The translations under genes and the position numbers were made by a program. Source: Pseudomonadota bacterium (GTDB lineage: Bacteria; Myxococcota; JACRCW01; JAFGSX01). From it: a DNA stretch of 10,783 nucleotides. Location of the stretch: assembly GCA_043821645.1 (NCBI GenBank), contig JBDRCO010000105.1, positions 1 through 10,783 of the forward strand. Direction: 5' to 3'. Numbering within the stretch: the first letter of the stretch is position 1; each line of letters starts with the position of its first letter. Of the stretch, positions 7,582 to 10,783 are shown piece by piece. Below the pieces are notes generated by a model. The model did no database searches, was not told where the DNA came from, and saw nothing but the letters and a program-made list of their open reading frames with translations.

Positions 7582-7885
7582 GTGGCTGCGCCACGGTCTT
7601 GCATCCTGCGGCCACAGCATGTTGGCGGCGGGTCGGAGACCTCCGCGGCCACCTCCGACCATGCTCCCGCCTCAAGGGCGCAGGCCACGTTTGTCAGGAT
7701 GTCGTGTGACACTATTCGTAGGGAATGTCGTGAAGGGCTGTCACGTCAAGGCGACGACACCTCTTGGAAAATCGGCTGGCACCTGATCGTGCACCGTGCC
7801 TGACCAAATTCTCCGCCCAGTTGCAATAGTCATGGGTAGCCGTGCCTTTGGCGGAATGGATGTTCTCAAGATACGGAGGCGGACG

Positions 7886-8116
7886 ATGAGCAAGATCCAC
7901 AATGGTCAGAGCATCAGCGCCAACTGGAAGGCCGCCGTTGAAGACGGCAAGGTCACCAACAAAGAAACCCGGCAGATCGTGGCCGCGGCCAAGGCCGCAG
8001 GCGTCATGCGGGCGGAGCTGGACGAAGCCTTTATGATCTCCTTCGATGCAAAACACACCGCACTGGACACCTGGCGACAAGGGCCCCAATCGACCGAAGC
8101 ATATCCCGGCACCTAG
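7886..8116 (+). CDS. Hypothetical protein, possibly prematurely terminated (frame stays open to 8269)
   Basis: GGAGG RBS at 7875-7879 and ATG 7886; protein-like helical sequence; 50 further sense codons follow the TAG. Confidence 0.6.
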   Translation: MSKIHNGQSISANWKAAVEDGKVTNKETRQIVAAAKAAGVMRAELDEAFMISFDAKHTALDTWRQGPQSTEAYPGT

Positions 8117-8786
8117 GCAAAGCAGGCGGACACAAACAAGAAGCAAGCGGAGCAATTCCTCCGTCAGCTCGACGCCTCGCACCAAGGGGAAGGGGGGCTG
8201 AAATCTGCTGTGGTCGATGCGGCACGCGCGGTTGGCGCCTGGAGCACACGGATGCTCGGCGCCGACTGATCATGGCACAGCCGGCGCACAGCCCTTGTTT
8301 TTTCCCCCGAAAACCAAGCAGGCTCTGAGCTCCAGCCGGGGCCTCGGCGCCAACCAGGCTCAGGTCGGGAGCCCGCGTGCCCAGCAGCGCCGCGCACTTT
8401 TGCAGGTCGACGCCGCCCTGCTCGAGCAGATCGTGTGCCTGCTGTTCGCCGCCGACCAGCCCGGCGAGCATCACAGAGATCAGATAGATAGCTTCCTGCG
8501 TCGCCTCGGGTGCACCCTGCAGCAGGCGGCGGGCAAACACCACGAGGTCGACAGCCAGAGTCTTGCGATCCCCCGCAGGCCAGTTGCGGTCGCGGTCGCG
8601 CCAGGTCACGGCCTGTTTTTTTGCGACGACGAACGTGCCATCGACGATTTTGAGTTCATCAGCCAGCTTGGTAATTTCGGTGTGCAGATCACGAATGGCA
8701 GCGTCAGACATGCGTCCTTCTGCAATCTCCAACATGAATGTCGCAGGGATGAGCGCCGCGGTCAAAGTAGGTGTGATCTCAGCCAT
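8031..8786 (-). CDS. Hypothetical helical protein; the original end was probably near 8295
   Basis: ATG at 8786; protein-like composition up to ...LLGFRGKK, then a junk-like tail overlapping the convergent gene. Confidence 0.65.
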   Translation of the reverse strand: MAEITPTLTAALIPATFMLEIAEGRMSDAAIRDLHTEITKLADELKIVDGTFVVAKKQAVTWRDRDRNWPAGDRKTLAVDLVVFARRLLQGAPEATQEAIYLISVMLAGLVGGEQQAHDLLEQGGVDLQKCAALLGTRAPDLSLVGAEAPAGAQSLLGFRGKKQGLCAGCAMISRRRASVCSRRQPRVPHRPQQISAPLPLGARRRADGGIAPLASCLCPPALPRCRDMLRSIGALVARCPVRCVLHRRRS

Positions 8787-9003
8787 TGCAGGTCCCCACA
8801 ACTGCAGCTGGCTGGGCAGGAAGGCCCGGGCACCGCTGGCTCACACATTCCCCTGATGAGTTGCCTGGCAGCTTTCCGGGGGGGGCGAGCTTTGGACAGC
8901 TGTGCAGAAAACATGGCCAACCAGCCCGCGGGCATTGCCATCCTGTGCCTGTAAGACGGCGTCGAGATGGGTCGCAGCGAGAGGAGTGCCGCCCGTCGAC
9001 AAC

Positions 9004-9252
9004 TCAGGTCCGCGGACGCCGCAGCCGCTCGCGCACGAGGTGCTCGAGGCCATTGAGCTTGACCTCGTACACGGTGTTCAGCATGTCGCCGAGCTCACCG
9101 CGGGGAAAACCCTGGCGCCGGAACCACACCACATAGGGCTCGGGCAGGTCGATGAGCAGGCGACCTACATAGCGGCCGAAGGGCATCCGGGTCCGCGCCA
9201 GCCTGTCGAGGTAGGTGGGATCGACGGGCACGGGTTGTCCAGGGGGCGACAT
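9004..9252 (-). CDS. DUF3820 family protein (YpeB-like)
   Basis: Family signature MPFGRYVGRLLIDLPEPYVVWF...GFPRGELG...YEVKLNGLE; 82 aa from ATG 9252. Confidence 0.9.
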   Translation of the reverse strand: MSPPGQPVPVDPTYLDRLARTRMPFGRYVGRLLIDLPEPYVVWFRRQGFPRGELGDMLNTVYEVKLNGLEHLVRERLRRPRT

Positions 9253-9425
9253 GCCAGGAGTCGTAGCACGTTTGGTCGGCCCGTTCTCGCTTTCAGCGCG
9301 CACGGGGACCGGTGTCAGCCGAGTGTTTCGGATCCTGTGGTGGATATTCGTACTACCCATCTTCGGGACCCCTCTTCGGGGGCACCATCAGGGGCCCTCT
9401 CACGCCTCAATCCGTCATCTCGCGT

Positions 9426-10478
9426 TCAGGGAAGATCGCTTTGCCCGGCGTTGTTGGCGCCCCAGCTCGGCGCGGCGTTGGTTGAGGTCCAGTCCCCCAT
9501 CATGTTGGTGTCGACGTCATTCAGGCGCTGGATCGAGTTGCCCGTGAGCACATCCTGGGCTCCCTCGGCGTTGAGGTCAGGGACCGCGTGGGCGGTGAAG
9601 TTCGCGTCGACGAAGAAGTTGGCCGTCGCCGCTGTGCCGTCCGACATCCACCACTGGTCCGCCGCCCGCAGGATCTCGGCCTGCGCCTCGGCGGGGTTGG
9701 ACGCTTTGGTGGTCCCGACGGTCAACGGCACGGCGTCGACGATGCCGCCGGTCGAGCTGTAGATGGTGATGACCGTCGAGGTCGCCGTGATGCCGTCGCC
9801 CGACAGCTGCATGTCAGAGGCGCTGTCGAAGTTCTGGGTGTAGGTGGCCGCAGGTTGCCCGGGCTTGCTCGCGAACTCGCTGTAGGCGTTGGCAGGGTTG
9901 CAGTTGGTCAGGTTGTCCGCGTTGAAGTGCAAGACGACGTAGTCGTTCTTGGCCACGGCCATGGAGCCGAAGGTGAAGACGATGCTGTCGCGCTCGTAGA
10001 CTGTGAACCCCGTCAGGCTGCCACCTACGACGACGCGAAGCTCGACCATGTCGCAGCCGTTGGCGATGTTGGCCTTGACCTCGTTGACGCGCACGACCGC
10101 GTCCGGGGGGCAGGCGAGGGTGTCGATGTTGGCGAGGTCAGACGTGTAGTAGGAGCGAATGGTGTAGTGCCCATCGTCGTCCTGGACATAGCCGCTGACG
10201 AGATCAAAGGTCGCGCCGACGCACAGGACGCCCTCGTACAGGTACAGGTCGGCGGTCACGCTGTCCGTACCGTAGCTGATCACGTAGTGCCGGCCGCCGC
10301 CGCTGACCACGGTGGCCGTGTCGAGCACGACGAGCTCGGCCTCCAGCGCCTCGCCGATCGCGGTTCCCGCTCCGGCCGAGAGATCCTGCGCAATGTGTGT
10401 CGACACGTCGTAGGTCTGCTGGTCGTTGGTCAGGACGCTGGACGCGCCGTTCCACGAGATCGTGGCGTTCGAGCCCAT
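9426..10478 (-). CDS. Secreted/surface-type protein with a lamin-tail-like domain, apparently 5'-truncated
   Basis: VRVNEVKAN...DMVELR...YVVLHFN and terminal SIQR...DW...PSWGANN resemble lamin-tail domains; Thr/Asp/Asn-rich. No signal peptide; the ORF portion above ~10512 is read from repeat DNA. Confidence 0.72.
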   Translation of the reverse strand: MGSNATISWNGASSVLTNDQQTYDVSTHIAQDLSAGAGTAIGEALEAELVVLDTATVVSGGGRHYVISYGTDSVTADLYLYEGVLCVGATFDLVSGYVQDDDGHYTIRSYYTSDLANIDTLACPPDAVVRVNEVKANIANGCDMVELRVVVGGSLTGFTVYERDSIVFTFGSMAVAKNDYVVLHFNADNLTNCNPANAYSEFASKPGQPAATYTQNFDSASDMQLSGDGITATSTVITIYSSTGGIVDAVPLTVGTTKASNPAEAQAEILRAADQWWMSDGTAATANFFVDANFTAHAVPDLNAEGAQDVLTGNSIQRLNDVDTNMMGDWTSTNAAPSWGANNAGQSDLP

Positions 10479-10512
10479 GCACGTCAAGGCGTGACGACGG
10501 AGATTGCAGGTC

Positions 10513-10783
10513 ACCGCGGAGCCCAAGGTGAGCCGTCGGAGGTCATCAAGAGGGTGGAGTGCGGCAGCTGCCATGGCAGGACAACCGTGCCGATTGGGTG
10601 ATGGCGCCCACCCTTCGAATACCATCCTGTGCCCGGGCATCAAGGCCCGACCAAGAGCACGTATCGATGGCTGAGGAGACGCTCTCGACGACGACACCGG
10701 GGATCCGCTGAACAAGTTTGGAGGTCAGGCCGGGGAGACACAGAACACAACGATAGCCCGGGCGAGGTCAGGCTGTGCTTGAC
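10513..10783. repeat. Long imperfect direct repeat, copy B (partner at 1-272)
   Basis: Same alignment as copy A. It reaches the window end, so its right boundary is unknown. Confidence 0.97.

Noticed and set aside
7742-7753. 12-mer CACGTCAAGGCG shared with 10480-10491
   Set aside because: A few 12-nt matches are expected by chance in a GC-rich window of this size.
7777-7793. Sigma-54 promoter TGGCAC...TGCA
   Set aside because: The GG-to-GC spacing is 11 nt rather than the required 10, and the site is better explained as a copy of the 13-mer motif.
294-9393. CRISPR array or integron attC sites as the explanation for the intergenic motifs
   Set aside because: No regular repeat-spacer period, no cas or intI gene, mixed gene orientations, and no RYYYAAC...GTTRRRY bounded hairpins noticed.
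10479-10715. N-terminal 79 codons of the 429-aa minus-strand ORF
   Set aside because: Mostly read from the repeat, with no signal peptide and a composition unlike the rest of the protein.
1-10783. DGR template/variable repeat pair
   Set aside because: The differences are not adenine-specific on either strand (for example G/C at 56), they include indels, and there is no reverse transcriptase in the window.

Overview
GC-rich bacterial window; the gene types suggest Myxococcota or a deltaproteobacterium, which is inference only. It is bounded by two diverged direct copies of a ~272-bp sequence (1-272 and 10513-10783). Between them is a mosaic of unrelated modules: (i) an ECF sigma factor / zf-HC2 anti-sigma / DUF4097 operon, with a matching ECF promoter upstream of the sigma gene and again upstream of an unannotated 51-aa ORF; (ii) a deletion-scarred zone with an SRPBCC pseudogene and a collapsed (ArsR?)-TauE::FmdE operon that keeps a palindromic operator; (iii) a dimethylargininase (DDAH) gene; (iv) three tandem paralogous PEGA-like lipoproteins with a Gly/Cys-rich hydrophobic hairpin and a shared C-terminal PF[T/E/D]Y; (v) a convergent pair of hypothetical genes with stop-codon anomalies; (vi) a DUF3820 gene; (vii) a 5'-truncated lamin-tail-like secreted protein gene. 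Every gap between these modules except the one between (i) and (ii) carries copies of a degenerate 13-mer, GRCACCTNTYCGG. No recombinase, transposase, rRNA, tRNA or CRISPR array was seen. All family calls come from motif recognition by eye, not database searches.
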